Source: Eledone cirrhosa
Lineage: Eukaryota
Length of the DNA: 64,000 bases
Assembly: GCA_964016885.1 (NCBI GenBank)
Contig: OZ024744.1
Location: 40,796,001 to 40,860,000, forward strand
Direction of reading: 5' to 3'
Part shown: positions 1-13,167 of the stretch, one piece after another
Layout of the letters: the number at the start of each line of letters is the position of its first letter
Position numbering within the stretch: position 1 is the stretch's first letter
The notes under the pieces: model-generated
What the model saw: only the letters and a program-made list of their open reading frames with translations
What the model was told of the DNA's origin: nothing
The model's database searches: none
Program-made: the position numbers and the translations under genes

Positions 1-1790
1 AGATTTAATTTTGTTTATTTTTTAAAGAATGTCACCCCAACATGATATTTCTAAAATCGTATATAAGTACAGTAGTACTTTGACTTTTAGGAGCCTTCTA
101 TGACTTTCTGGAACCTTCTAGACACTTTTGGAACTTTCTAGAACTTTCTGAGTATTTATGACATGCATGGTGAATAGCTGTGTAGTGAGGACAAGCAGTT
201 ATATAATCTTCAAATTGAAAACAAAGAACATGTTGGATATACAACTGGAAAGACTGTGAGTTCCAAAACTAATCATCCATCCAAAAGAAAAAAAGTGACC
301 TTGGAGAAAACTACAACAGCAGTAACAACAACAACACCTTCAGCTTCCGAATCAGAGACCCAATCAGAGAGTGAATATGAAGAGTCCGAAAGTTCTGGAG
401 AACAATTTACAAGAAAACGAAAGAATTTACAAGAAAACCAAATTAGTAACATCTTCAGACTTATCAACCAGCAAATAGCAAATGTTTGTCAGCAGTCAGC
501 AGTTACCTTAAGAAGGGATTGATTTTGAGACACCTTCTAGTATTTACAGATCTACTGTTAACGAAGTTGTTAAACTTAAAGAAGAAATGAAGAAAACACA
601 GCACTTAGAAAATTAGCCTATGCATTTTAATGGTAAATAAATTGAAGGCCAAGAATATCATGTGCTTGTTTTGAAGAATGAAAGAAGAGAAGTTCAGTTA
701 GACACATTAGATTTATCAAATAGAAAAGCATATACCATTGTCAAAGGCATAACAGCTGTTCTGGATGAATACATTTTATGGAAAAGCATAAAAATAATTG
801 TTGCGTACACTACAAATGGGAGCAGGAATAGGATTGTAATTCAGTTACAAAGACTATTTGCTCAAAAGAAACTGGAAAAACCATAATTCATTGGCTGTCA
901 ACATCATGTTCGGGATTGAGTGCTTCGCATATGACAAACTTGGAGGAAAAAACACATCACCCAATATCGAACATCCATTTATACGTGAACTTGTTAATAA
1001 CTAGAATAGCTTTAGAAGATTACTGAAACAGCAGGCTGGCATGATGATATGAACATTTTTATTTCATTTAACTTGAGTTTTTTACTTTTTCAAAGAAACT
1101 GGAAAATTTCCAAAAGATGGAATTATAGAGCAATACTAGTTATTTTTGGCTTTTATTCTTCTACCAGAGAAAAGACACTTGCTATTCGAAATTTGTAGAT
1201 TCATCTTTTACAGATGGGTGGACCATTGGTTTACTGACCAAATCTACAATGCATATGATTATCAGAAGCTATGTAGCAGCTTAAAGTCTCACAAAAAAGC
1301 ATTAAACTCTGTGAAAAGGTTTTGGAATCCAGAACCATTGAAACTCAAAATTCAGTGTGAAGAACAAGCAATCAAGTGCCTTCAAGTACTTTATGACATC
1401 TATAAAATGAAAGAGAAAGATCAGCCTAGAGTTATTTTGTCTAATAAAACACAATAATTGTATATTATGCTATAATTATGCTAACATTATGCTAAATATT
1501 CCACATGCTGTTTCTTTATATAGTTATTCTTACTTGTAGATGTAAGTTTCTAATTGTATATACAAGTTTGCAGTTTTTGCTTATTTCAAAGTTTGTATGT
1601 TATGCTATAGCTATAAACTGTTAAATGAGTTAAAATAGATAAGTACAATCTAATTACATCATTAGCATACTAAAAAATAAACCTGAAATATTTTATTTTT
1701 TTAACCTTATGGCATACATGGTAAAATCAGATTTTTGTTTCAGGGTGACCTTTTTTTAAAATTGAAACAAATTAATGCATTTTTCAAGTG
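1..1790 (+). mobile_element. Degraded DNA transposon, hAT-superfamily-like (hATm-like) transposase relic with imperfect terminal inverted repeats
   Basis: Broken ORFs 256-522, 662-886 and 1146-1457. Motifs HFNGK, YTT and FIGCQHH (C-x-x-H) resemble hAT-type DDE transposases. 5-38 (ttaattttgtttattttttaaagaatgtcacccc) is an imperfect inverse of ~1743-1776. The left end runs off the window. Confidence 0.55.
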
Positions 1791-1918
1791 TGTATATATA
1801 TATTAATAAAAGGAATTCCAACTTTGTCTGTTTTACTCGTTTTATTTACAATCCTTTAAAATTATAATGATATTATACGGAAATAGTATGGTAGAATATT
1901 AAGTGTTAAATGTTAATT

Positions 1919-1955
1919 GAACAAGTAATTTCATGCTTTCACAATCTTCAGGTTA
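1919..1955 (-). ncRNA. Degenerate hammerhead ribozyme motif in PLE 3' region
   Basis: Minus strand reads aac-CTGAAGA-ttgt-gaaa-gcat-GAAA-ttactt-gtt: core boxes and short stems present, stem III poor. Confidence 0.4.
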
Positions 1956-2361
1956 ATATTCAGTGATGACAGTCAAGTTTGCAATTTTCGACTGTAATGA
2001 GATGGGTAAAATCTGTGCCTTATATACAGTGAAAAGTGGCTACAGAATGCTAAGTTTTGCAAACTGTATTTCGACCAATCGGTGTGTGGTTTCACTAGAT
2101 TACTAAAGCTGATTGGTTTAGGCGTAACGGTTGGTTGAGCATGTCTAACGACTTCTATTTGACCCTATCCAGAGCACAATTGGTTTGTTATTTTTAGAAA
2201 TGATGAAAATATCATTTTCTATGGTTTTTATAAAAAATCTTCAGTAATCATCAACATCAACAACACTTTTATTATTATTGTTATTAGTGGTGGTAGTCGA
2301 CATGGTCGTAGGCACAGTCATAGTAGAAGTAATACCCCTAAGCATTATTATTGTTCATTTA

Positions 2362-2488
2362 CGTCCCTTTACGATCTGAGTTCAAATCCCGCCGAGGTTG
2401 ACTTTGCCTTTCATCCTTACGGGGTCGATAAAATAAAGTACCAGTAATGAACTGGGTAATTGCTGGCCTTGTGCCTAAAGTAGAAACA
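2362..2488 (+). mobile_element. 5'-truncated tRNA-derived SINE with Nin/Deu-like domain, 15-bp target-site duplication
   Basis: B-box gagttcaaatccc, then gcctttcatccttacggggtcgataaaataaagtacc. Flanked by attattgttcattta at 2347-2361 and 2489-2503. Confidence 0.85.
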
Positions 2489-3571
2489 ATTATTGTTCAT
2501 TTAGCTTGGGTTGGAATTAATCAATAAATTTATTTTCTTTAATTTTTCTCTTGATTTTACTTGGGCTGTGTAGTTTGTAGAATGGAAAATTATAAATATT
2601 TTTTGACCACATGTTGCTAGATGGTATGTAATGGACATTTGGGTCTCTGATTTGCTGTCGGTGCACCCGTGCATGTTCCGATAGTGCATTTCCAGTTTGA
2701 CCGACGAATAGTTCTTCACAATTCGGGCATTTAATGCAGTAAATTAGATTTCTGCTTTTGCAGTTCATATTTGCATTTGGGAATATTTTTCCAGTTTTTG
2801 TGTTCATATATTGACCAGTATCGACTATCATTGCATTTAGATACAGTGAATGATTGGTCTTTGTTGTTAAGGTCAAACTTTTCGGCTGTCCTTTACTAAG
2901 AGTCAAAGATCGGTCTGTGATTAAACCTTTTAATTCATTACTTTGAGCAATGATCGGTAGGTTTGCTTTGGCAGTGTTGAAGATATTCTGGTAACATGGG
3001 TTGTGTGTCATTATAAATGGTATGACCAGTTCTTGGTTTCTTCTTCCTTGGGTTGTCCTAAGTTGTTGTATAAGTATTTTTATAGCCCGTTGTATGCCAC
3101 TTTCTATAAGTAGAGTTGGGTATTTTTGTTTGAGCAACAATTCTCTGTTCTGTTAGGCGTTTGTTCCTGGTATTCGTATCTTCTACAATAGTACAAATTC
3201 TTCTGGCTAGGCAGCATGGGGTGTTGCGTTTTGTATGAGGTGGATGGCATGACTTAAAATTCCATGTTGATGAGTGTCTGCGTGTTTATAGTATATATCC
3301 GTGGTAATGGTGGTGTCGTTTTTGATTACCATTATAGCTAGGAATGGTAATTTGGTACTACTCATCACTTTTGTGAAGTGGAGAGATGGGTGTAGGTTTT
3401 TCATCCAGAGTATCTAGAGATTCTGTCCAGCTGATGAAACAGTCATCAAGGTATCTCTTCCAAGACTTTTCAATGTATTTTCTAAATTCAGTGCTAGATT
3501 TTTCCTCTATTTCTTGGTAGAGTTGTTGTTCTAAGTATCCCATTACAGAGTTCGCATTTCTGCGTGTTAAA

Positions 3572-5495
3572 TTGGGCATTTCTGCATGTAAAAAAAACAA
3601 AAAAAACAGAGGATGTAACAAAAAAAGAACAATGAAAAATTTCCCAATAGGGAGTAAACTTCTGAGTGCCATCGTGGAGAAAGCCCATTAAAAAAGCCAC
3701 AGTGACCCTGGCCACCAGGGCAAGTGCTCTCTCCCAGTTTTCCACCTTTACAGGCACATACTCAGAGTAGGCCCATTCACTCGGGCCATTCTTGCTTCTC
3801 TCACCCATCTTTCAACAAAATGCTGGGAAGAGAGCACTTCCCTCTCTACCCTGATTTTCCTTTTCAAATGAAATTTGAAAAAGTTATTCAGGGCATCACC
3901 GAAGAGGTAAGTGCTCGTCTTCAGCCCTTTCAAACGTGTCCACCATACTATCTCTTTTGCCATGGCCACCAAACAGATAAAAACTGCCTGCCCTTCCCGG
4001 CTAAAGGAAGGGGGCGGGGCAATTCCTCACGATGGACTCAGCTGATAGCCGGATCCATCCTACACGCGGTTCGACATAAACCCACAAGTCAGTCGCAATG
4101 CTCGGACACTGGACCACTGCGTGCAGGACGGTTTCGTCGCCAAGCACGCATCTTGGACATGCCCGGCTGATGCCACTTCCATGCCTGTAGAGTTTATCCC
4201 GAACTGGCAAAGCTCCGCGGTAGCACTGCCAGGCTAGGGATTTCTGGAAGTTGTCCATAGGCCACGGCCCGAAAGTTCTTCCGAAGAGATTTGCTAGTTG
4301 ATTTTCTTTGACGCCTAGAGTTTCCCCAAGTACATCGTCGCTCTTCCCCTCCACTAATCCTCTATAGAACGCCAAGGTGGTGTTTCCTCAATCACATTAC
4401 CCGTCTGGTCGAGGGCTGTGAGCGCCTGAAGACATTCCAGTCTCCAAGCGCTCCGTCTCGGTCTTCGCTTGACTCAGGACTGCAGCACCGTCAAGTGCAT
4501 GTCCAGCCCTCCACGTAGCGGGTGTTTTCAGCAGATGGACCGCCTGACCATCAGAGCGCGTCCCTTCCACAAAAACCGAAAGAGCAAATGCACCAGCACA
4601 GTCAGGCGAGGGTTAGGACAAGGCATGACGGTCAGGCGGTAGTAGATGACGGACGCGATGTACGCATTCGCCACCTCCACTCGACCTTTCAGGGATAGCT
4701 TCCTCTCAGCCCATTTCTTGGTGAGAGAAGCCACCCTGCTCGTCACCTCGTCCTAGTTTTTGTCCGCCTGGAGGACAGTTGAAACCGTCTGAGCAGGTTG
4801 GTGAGGCTTTTACACCCTCCTCCCTATCTGCTAATCCCACACAGTCCCAGCATGCATCTAATATCCCGTTCCAGTCGACCACTAACACTAAAGAGTGGGA
4901 CGTTCCAAGAAAGGTCTCCAGACGCCGGAAGAAATCATGCTGCCCTGCTCCTGTCGGGGCATAGATGGCCACTAGCCTGAAAGTATGCCCATCTCCGCTG
5001 GTCATGTCCAGCACCACCAAATTATCTTCTGGGTCCGGGAAGATGGCCCGTATGGCGAGATCCAAACTTCTACAAAGAGAACAGCAACTCCGCCCCCCGA
5101 TCCAGGACGGCTGGGAGATGCGTACACATCGTAGCCGCCGAAGATCGGTGTGAAGGCCCGTGCTTCGGAGATTCTGGTCTCGCTTATGGCCACCACATCT
5201 ATGTTTAGTGACCTGAGGTCGTTGAGCAGGTGGCCCTGCTTCCATGACGACCCCAAGATACGCGCGTTTATGCTGCCTATTCTGAGTGAGGTCATGTTGA
5301 AAAAGAGTGGAAAAAGATGGGAAAGACCACTTACCTCACTTCTCGTAGTGGCCTCCTCCAGGAAGATGTCCTTATAAATCCCCCTGGAGAGTGTTTGTCG
5401 GAAGTCTCCGATGTCCTTGGGGAATTTTTGTTTTAGTGTCATGTACGTTTTCTGTGTGATGAGAGTGATTTGTATGTGTGGAGGTGGTGTGAATT
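3572..5495 (-). mobile_element. L1/Tx1-clade LINE relic, internally deleted (APE endonuclease joined to post-RT and zf-RVT region)
   Basis: SLRIGSINAR..VAISETR and FRLVAIYAPT (APE); WAERKLSLKGR; LPVRDKL..CPRC...ETVLHAVVQC. The RT core is missing. Confidence 0.85.
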
Positions 5496-7724
5496 TATAG
5501 ACCTATCACATGTCTGTCCGTAATGTGGAAACTGTTAACAAGCATTGTGTCTGAGGGAATCTACCATCACCTCCACACGAACAACTTGTTACCGGACGAA
5601 CAGAAAGGATGCCGAAAGAAATCCTGTGGTACAAAGGACCAGTTACTTATTGATAAGATGGTAATGAGGAATTGCAGGAGAGACACACTGGTCTTGCCAT
5701 GGGATGGATAGACTACAAAAAAGCATTCAACATGATACCTCATTCTTGGATAACCAAAAGCCTAGAGATCTTCAGGGTGGCAGATAACATCAGACAGTTG
5801 TTGAGCAAAAGTATGAAGTCCTGGAAAACAGTTAACATCGGGTGGAGAATCCTTGGGAGGCGTGAAGATCAAGATAGGTATCTTACAGGGAGATAGTCTG
5901 TCCCCTCTGTTGTTTGTCCTTGCCCTGATACACCATTATACTGTGAAAGGTGAGAGCTGGATACAAGTTGGGAAAGGGAGCGCTTACCATCAATTACCTC
6001 CTCTTCATGGACGATCTTAAGCTCTTCGGGAAGAGTGAGAAGGAGTTGGATGTGCTTGTTGACACTGTAAGAGCAATCTTAAGAAAGGAATTGAATGCAG
6101 GAATTGAATTGAATAGGATCGATGCCATAAACACGCTTGCCATACCAGTAGTAACCTACAGTTACAATGTCATCAAGTGGTCAAGCACAGAGATCCGTAG
6201 GCTCGATACAAAAATTCGAAAATTCTTAACCATGCACAAAATGCATCACCCTAAGGCAGATATAGATAGAATATATCTCCCTAGGAAAGAAGGAGGACGT
6301 GGGTTAATCCAGTTAGACATTGCGTTGAAAACTGCAACAATTGGATTATCTACATATCTAAGGGAATCACATGATTGGATGATCAAACTCGTTTTGAAAC
6401 ACGAAAGCATCAAAAGATCATATTCCATTACAAAAGATGCACAAAGATACAGTAATGGACTACAAATTTCAGAAGTCCCATTTACTTCTGAAATGGTAAA
6501 CACAGAAAAAGCAAAGCAGGTAAAAGTAACTGCAAAAAAAGAACTGCTACAGAAACTGGCTAAGAAATGGCAAGAAAAGCCTCTGTATGGAAAATACCCA
6601 GAACGAGCTAACAATCCTGATGTTGACAAAACTTTAACCCATCAGTGGTTGGCATCCTCTGGACTGAAATCGGAGACTGAAGGACTGATTATATCGGCAC
6701 AAGATCAGTGTCTGCCAACAAAAAATTACCAAGCCAACATAATAAAAAATGGGTGCAACCCATTATGCCGTGTATGCAAAAAACAACCAGAGACCATTGA
6801 CCATATAATTTCAATGTGCAGTCCTATAGCTCCAACCGAATACCTAAACAGGCATGACAGAGCTGCACAATACATACATTGGATAATGTGTAAGCATTTT
6901 GACCTGCTCCATCAAAAGAATTGGTGGGAGCATCAACCACCTCCCATACTTGAAAAAGATCACATCTGAATCTTGTGGAACTTTAGCATCCAAACAGACC
7001 GAAAAATAGATGCAAATAGACCTGATATAATATTGAAGGACTTTCAAAAGAGGGTATGCCTGCTAATTGATATGTCTGTTCCAATAGACAAGAATGTATC
7101 TATAAAAACATTTGAAAAATTGAGCAATTATAAGGACCTGGAGATAGAAATTAGAAAAATGTGGAAATTGAGAACTAAAACAATACCAGTGGTTGTAGGC
7201 ACTCTGGGAATGATACCTAAGGGGTCTAATGACTACTTATCGCAAATCCCAGGAAACCCGCGTATAGGAGTAATACAAAAGATAGTACTAATGGGAACTG
7301 CCCATATACTAAGGAAGATTCTGTCAATATAAGTACATCACAAGTCTAAACACTAAAGATGCATGTGTGAATATGTATGTTCTTTCTTGAACATGGCGGA
7401 CCTTGTTGTCTCTTGATGTCACTGGTTGTGACTTGGTGATAACTCGTATGAACATAAAGCAAGATAAATGCAACTATAATAATAATAAAGTCAAAGTGAT
7501 CCCGATTGTCATAGGCGCACTAGGGACTATCTCAAAAAGTTTCCAGGGATGGTTAAAGAAAATTGGCCCCTTCACGCTTTTTGGAACGCTTCAAAAGGCA
7601 TGCTTGCTGGGAACAGCAAGAACCCTCCGATACGTCCTGAATATCTGAGGCTGCAGGTAGTGGCTGGATATTCATTTCAACAAAATTTCCAGTTAACTAA
7701 CACCAATGACTGAGACTCAAAGAG
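5496..7724 (+). mobile_element. Composite R4/Dong RLE retrotransposon: family A RT (5496-6068) + family B 3' half (6067-7480) + family A 3' end (7487-7724)
   Basis: YRPITCL, WIDYKKAF and LFMDDLK match family A. The sequence then switches to one near-identical to 8227-9628 (family B). CCHC, RHD and RPD..DMSVP (RLE) are present, with (TAA)n after each 3' end. Confidence 0.85.
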
Positions 7725-7759
7725 AAATAACAACAATAATAATAATAATAATAATAATA

Positions 7760-9625
7760 ATATACAAAATCACTGGAAGCTGGAGAAGTTAATATTAATT
7801 GTGGAACTTTTCAGGGTGACTCTTTATCACCGCTTTTATTCTCCATCGCACTTATACCATTAAGTAAAATGCTCAATGAAACAAAACATGGATATAAAGT
7901 CTTTGACAAAACCATTAATCACTTGTTCTACATGGATGACCTGAAACTATTTGCAAAAAATGATGAACAATTGCAAGGGCTATTATCCACTGTGGAGCAG
8001 TTCAGTGATGACATTAAAATGGAGTGTGGACTAGATAAATGCGTCGAAGCAACGTTCACCAGAGGAAAGCTGCTGAAAAGTTCAGACATTAATTTTGAAC
8101 GGGGGGGAATGTGATAAGAGAAATTAATCAAGAGGAAACTTACAAATATCTAGGTGTTTGTGAAGGAGACGGAATCAAGCACTCCCCAATGAGGGAAAGG
8201 ATAAGGAAGGAATGTTACCACAGAGTAAGAGCAGTCTTAAGAACGGAATTGAATGCAAGGAATAGGATCGATGCCATAAACACGCTTGCCATACCAGTAG
8301 TAACCCACAGTTACAATATCATCAACTGGTCAAGCACAGAGATCCGTAGGCTCGATACAAAAATTCGAAAATTCTTAACCATGCACAGAATGCATCACCC
8401 TAAGGCAGATACAGATAGAATATATCTCCCTAGGAAAGAAGGAGGACGTGGGTTAATCCAGTTAGATATTGCGTTGAAAACTGCAACAATTGGATTATCT
8501 ACATATCTAAGGGAATCACATGATTGGATGATCAAACTCGTTTTGAAACACGAAAGCATCAAAAGATCATATTCCATTACAAAAGATGCACAAAGATACA
8601 GTAATGGACTACAAATTTCAGAAGTCCCATTTACCGCTGAAATGGAAAACACAGAAAAAGCAAAGCAGGTAAAAGTAACTGCAAAGAAAGAACTGCTACA
8701 GAAACTGGCTAAGAAATGGCAAGAAAAGCCTCTGTATGGAAAATACCCAGAACGAGCTAACAATCCTGATGTTGACAAAACTTTAACCCATCAGTGGTTG
8801 GCATCCTCTAGACTGAAATCGAAGACTGAAGGACTGATTATATCAGCACAAGATCAGTGTCTGCCAACAAAAAGTTACCAAGCCAACATAATAAAAAATG
8901 GATGCAGCCCATTATGCCGTGTATGTAAAAAACAACCAGAGACCATTGATCATATAATTTCAATGAGCAGTCCTATAGCTCCATCTGAATACCTAAACAG
9001 GCATGACAGAGCTGCACAATACATACATTGGATAATGTGTAAGCATTTTGACCTGCCCCATCAAAAGAATTGGTGGGAGCATCAACCACCTCCCATACTT
9101 GAAAAAGATCACATCTCAATCTTGTGGAACTTTAGCATCCAAACAGACCGAAAAATAGTTGGAAATAGACATGATATAATATTGAAGGACTTTGAAAAGA
9201 GGGTATGCCTGCTAATTGATATGTGCGTTCCAATAGACAAGAATGTATCTATAAAAACATTTGAAAAATTGTGCAAGTGTAAGGACCTGGAGATAGAAAT
9301 TGGAAAAATGTGGAAATTGAGAACTAAAACAATACCAGTTGTTGTAGGCGCTCTAGGAATGATACCTAAGGGGTCTAATGATTACTTATCGCAAATCCCA
9401 GGAAACCCGCGTATAGGAGACATACAAAAGATAGTAGTAATGGGAACTGCCCATATACTAAGGAAGATTATGTCAATATAAGTACATCACAAGTCTAAAC
9501 ACCTAAAGATACATCTGTGAGTATGTATGTTCTTTCTTGAACATGGCGGACCTTGTTGTCTCTTGAGGTCACTGGTTGTGACTTGGTGATAACTCGTATG
9601 AACATAAAGCAAGATAAATGCAGCT

Positions 9626-9630
<5 letters not shown>
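7760..9630 (+). mobile_element. 5'-truncated R4/Dong-type RLE retrotransposon, family B
   Basis: ORFs 7869-8114 (FYMDDLK) and 8111-9481 (YKYLG, CRVC, RHD, RLE). Flanked by (TAA)n on both sides. Confidence 0.9.
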
Positions 9631-9660
<30 letters not shown>

Positions 9661-12600
9661 TACCCCCCGCTAAGGCAGGCATCCTAGTACTCCCACTAAA
9701 TGAGGAAGGCATCAAAAGATATAAATAGACTGATTTGATGACCCGGTCAAAACATCAAAAAGTTAAAAATAAAAATAAAAACAGCACAGCAGCAACGAAT
9801 AACGTAAAGAAAAGAAAAAAAGAAAAGAAAAACAAACAGACAGACAGACAAGCAAAGAAAACTAAGTCAGACATTCAAACATTACATTACAATGAAACTT
9901 ATGCTTATTTTTTAAAGTTTTTGCCTATTTGTTTGTTTGTTTATTTATGTTCATCTACAGCGTGTCAGTGCCACGCTAAAATCACCGAGGGTGATGAAAT
10001 CACCGGTGGTTATGTAACCATACATTCACCAATCCTCGATAAGAGTGTTTCAATGTCGAACCTAAAAAGTTCGAATAACGGTGAAGTGGAGACTGGAATG
10101 TCATATGACAGACTCTCACCCAGCAGGTGCTCCCTGGCCTAGCAGCAGGTAACTGGCTGTCATCCAAATACTGCTGGTGTTGGAGGAAGAAGAAGGAAAG
10201 GGCCCAGAACCAACTGGACGAAATAATTGAAGATTTGGTTGATATCCTAAACTTAGTGGTAGATGAAATGAATAATGATAGTGGGAAACCTATGAACCTA
10301 AGATTTGTAGACAGTAAAAAGTTAAAAGAAACAACAGCTAAGGTAAACAAAGTCATCCCATACCTTGAGGCGAGGAGCCTTCACCAGTGCAACAATATCC
10401 TCAAAGCAACAGCAAATGCGGTGAGGAAATTACTTGGCATAAAAGCGAGAGGTAACAACAAACAAGAAAGATCAGAACCTTAGTGGAAGAAACGACTGAA
10501 TGGTCAAATCAGGGAAATGAGAAATGACATTGGAAAGCTTGAGTCCCTACTGAATGGGACACTAAAAAATATAGACACTAAAAATAGACTGGAAATAAAG
10601 TACAAACTAGGAGGAAAAAGCTAAATATTATCATAGAGGAACTGAAGCAACGCATTGTAGCAAAGAGTGCAAAAATCAGGCGATACAAGAACAGAGTCAG
10701 CCAGTATAGACAGAACCGCATGTTCGACAACAACCAGAAGATGCTCTTTGGACAGCTTCAAGGGAAAGAAAGAGACAACGACTTGATCCCTGAGGCCGAA
10801 CAAACTAAAACATTCTGGAGAGGAATATGGGAGCAGGATGTTAAACATAATGACCAGACAGTGTGGATTGAGACAATACAGAAGGAGATCAGTGAACAGG
10901 CACACCAACAAACTGATTTGAGTATCACAGTTGAAATTCTTAAGGGGCAGGCCAAAAAACTAACCAACTGGAAATCACCAGGCCCAGATGGTGTGCAGGG
11001 GTATTGGATTAAAAATATAACATCCCTCCACCCGAAACTGACAACCATGTTCAATGACTGCTTTATGTCAGGTGAGGTACCAGAGTGGTTGACAAAAGGT
11101 ACCACAGTTCTGGTAATGAAAGACCGAATCAAGGGTAATGATGTTACCAACTATAGACCTATCACATGTCTGTCCGTAATGTGGAAACTGTTGACAAGCA
11201 TTGTGTCTGAGGAAATCTACCATCACCTCCACACAAACAACTTGTTACCAGACGAACAGAAAGGATGCCGAAAGAAATCCTGTGTTACAAAGGACCAGTT
11301 ACTTATTGATAAGATGGTAATGAGGAATTGCAAGAAGAGACACACTGGTCTTGCCATGGGATGGATAGACTACAAAAAGGCATTTGACATGGTGCCTCAT
11401 TCTTGGATAACCAAAAGCCTAGAGATCTTCAGGGTGGCAGATAATATCAGACAGTTGTTGAGCAAAAGTATGAAGTCCTAGAAAACAGAGTTAACATCGG
11501 ATGGAGAATCCTTGGGAGGCGTGAAGATCAAGAGAGGTATCTTTCAGGAAGATAGTCTGTTGTTTGTCCTGCCCTGATGCTCCAGACCATTATACTGCGA
11601 AAAGTGAGAGCAGGATGCAAGTTGGGAAAGGGAGAGCTTACCATCAATCACCTCCTCTTCATGGACGATCTTAAGCTCTTCGGGAAGAGTGAGAAGGAGT
11701 TGGATGTACTTGTTGACACTGTCCGTATTTTTAGCAATGATATATGCATGCAATTTGGTATTAGTAAGTGTGGAGTCCTTATGATGAAGAGGGGTAAATT
11801 GAGCAGAAGCAACGGAATCCAGGTACCAACAGGTGAGATGATAAAGGAAATTGACTCTGAAGAAGGATACAAGTATTTGGGTGTTCTGGCGGCTGATGAC
11901 ATCAAGAACAATAAAGTGATAAGATCTGAATACATTCGGAGAGTAAGGAGCGTATTAAAATCACGTCTGAACAGTAGGAATGCCATAAGTGCAGTAAATT
12001 CCCGAGCTGTGTCTATTATTAAGTACAGTGCGGGAATAATGAGATGGAATGTTGCTGAACAAAAAGAAATGGATAGGAAGACTAGGAAGCTATTGACTAT
12101 CTACAACATGTTCCACAAGAGGAGTGATGTCGATAGACTCTACTTAAGGAGATCTGAAGGTGGAAGAGGTCTTATTAGCATAGAGGACTGTGTTCAGATG
12201 GAGAAAAACAACCTACACAAATACGTGACTGATAGTAAGGAGCCAATGCTCAGAATTGTACTGAAGGAGAGGACAATAGACCAGGGGATGTCCAGGGAGG
12301 AAATAACAACGAGGAGAAAGAGCAGCCTTCAGGAAAAATCCCTTCTTTCAGAAAACTGAGTTCAGAGATCCACAGACATGGAACTGGTTGAAAAGAGGAG
12401 ACCTTAAAAAGGCTACAGTAAGAATGCTAATGGCTGCACAAGAGCAGGCCCTCAAAACGAAGTGGGTGAAACACCATATTTACAAGGAGGAGGCTAGCCC
12501 ACTGTGCAGGGTCTGTGGAGAAAGAGAGGAGACTGTGGCTCACATTGTATCCGAGTGAAAACACCTAGCCCAGACTCACTAGAAAGGTGGAGACATGATG

Positions 12601-13150
12601 TGATGGGCAGGGTGATCCACTGGCACCTATGCAAAGTAAACCATTTGCCACATTCTGAGAAGTGGTATTAGCATAAGCCAGAGTGGGTGATAGAAAACGA
12701 TCAGGTCAAGGTGCTGTGGGATTTTAGGATACAGCCGGACAAGAAACTGGAACACAATAGATCTGATCTGGTGGTTTTGGACAAGGAAAAAAGATTGTGC
12801 CTGATTGTGGGTGTGGCCTGCCCATTCGACACGAGAGTGCAAGAGAAGGAGAGGGAGAAAATTAACCGATACCAGGACTTAAAGTGAGAGGTAAAAAGGA
12901 TTTGGAACTGCTATGAAGTCAAAGTGGTCCCGATTGTCATAGGCGCACTAGGTACTATCTCAAAAGGTTTCCAGTGATGGTTAAAGGAAATTGGCCCCGC
13001 CCCGCTTTTTGGAACACTTCAAAAGGCATGCTTGCTGGGAACAGCAATAACCCTCCAATACGTCCTGAATATTTGAGGCTGCAGGTAGTGGCTTGATATT
13101 AATTTCAACAAACTTTCCAGTTAACTAACATCAATGACTGAGACTCAAAG
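9661..13150 (+). mobile_element. Near-full-length degenerate R4/Dong element, family A (internal deletion near 10230, several stops)
   Basis: Collinear with the 20044-23436 ORF. Ends gactgagactcaaag + (AAT)n. Confidence 0.9.
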
Positions 13151-13167
13151 AATAATAATAATAATAA

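Larger units (their letters stand above)
1800..3570 (-). mobile_element. Degraded Penelope-like element (RT C-terminal part + GIY-YIG endonuclease) with 3' pLTR remnant
   Basis: Minus-strand fragments WKRYLDDCF, LPFL..., NCKSRNLIYCIKCPNC..FVGQTG. Frameshifted, and cut at ~3570 by an L1/Tx1 insertion. Confidence 0.85.
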
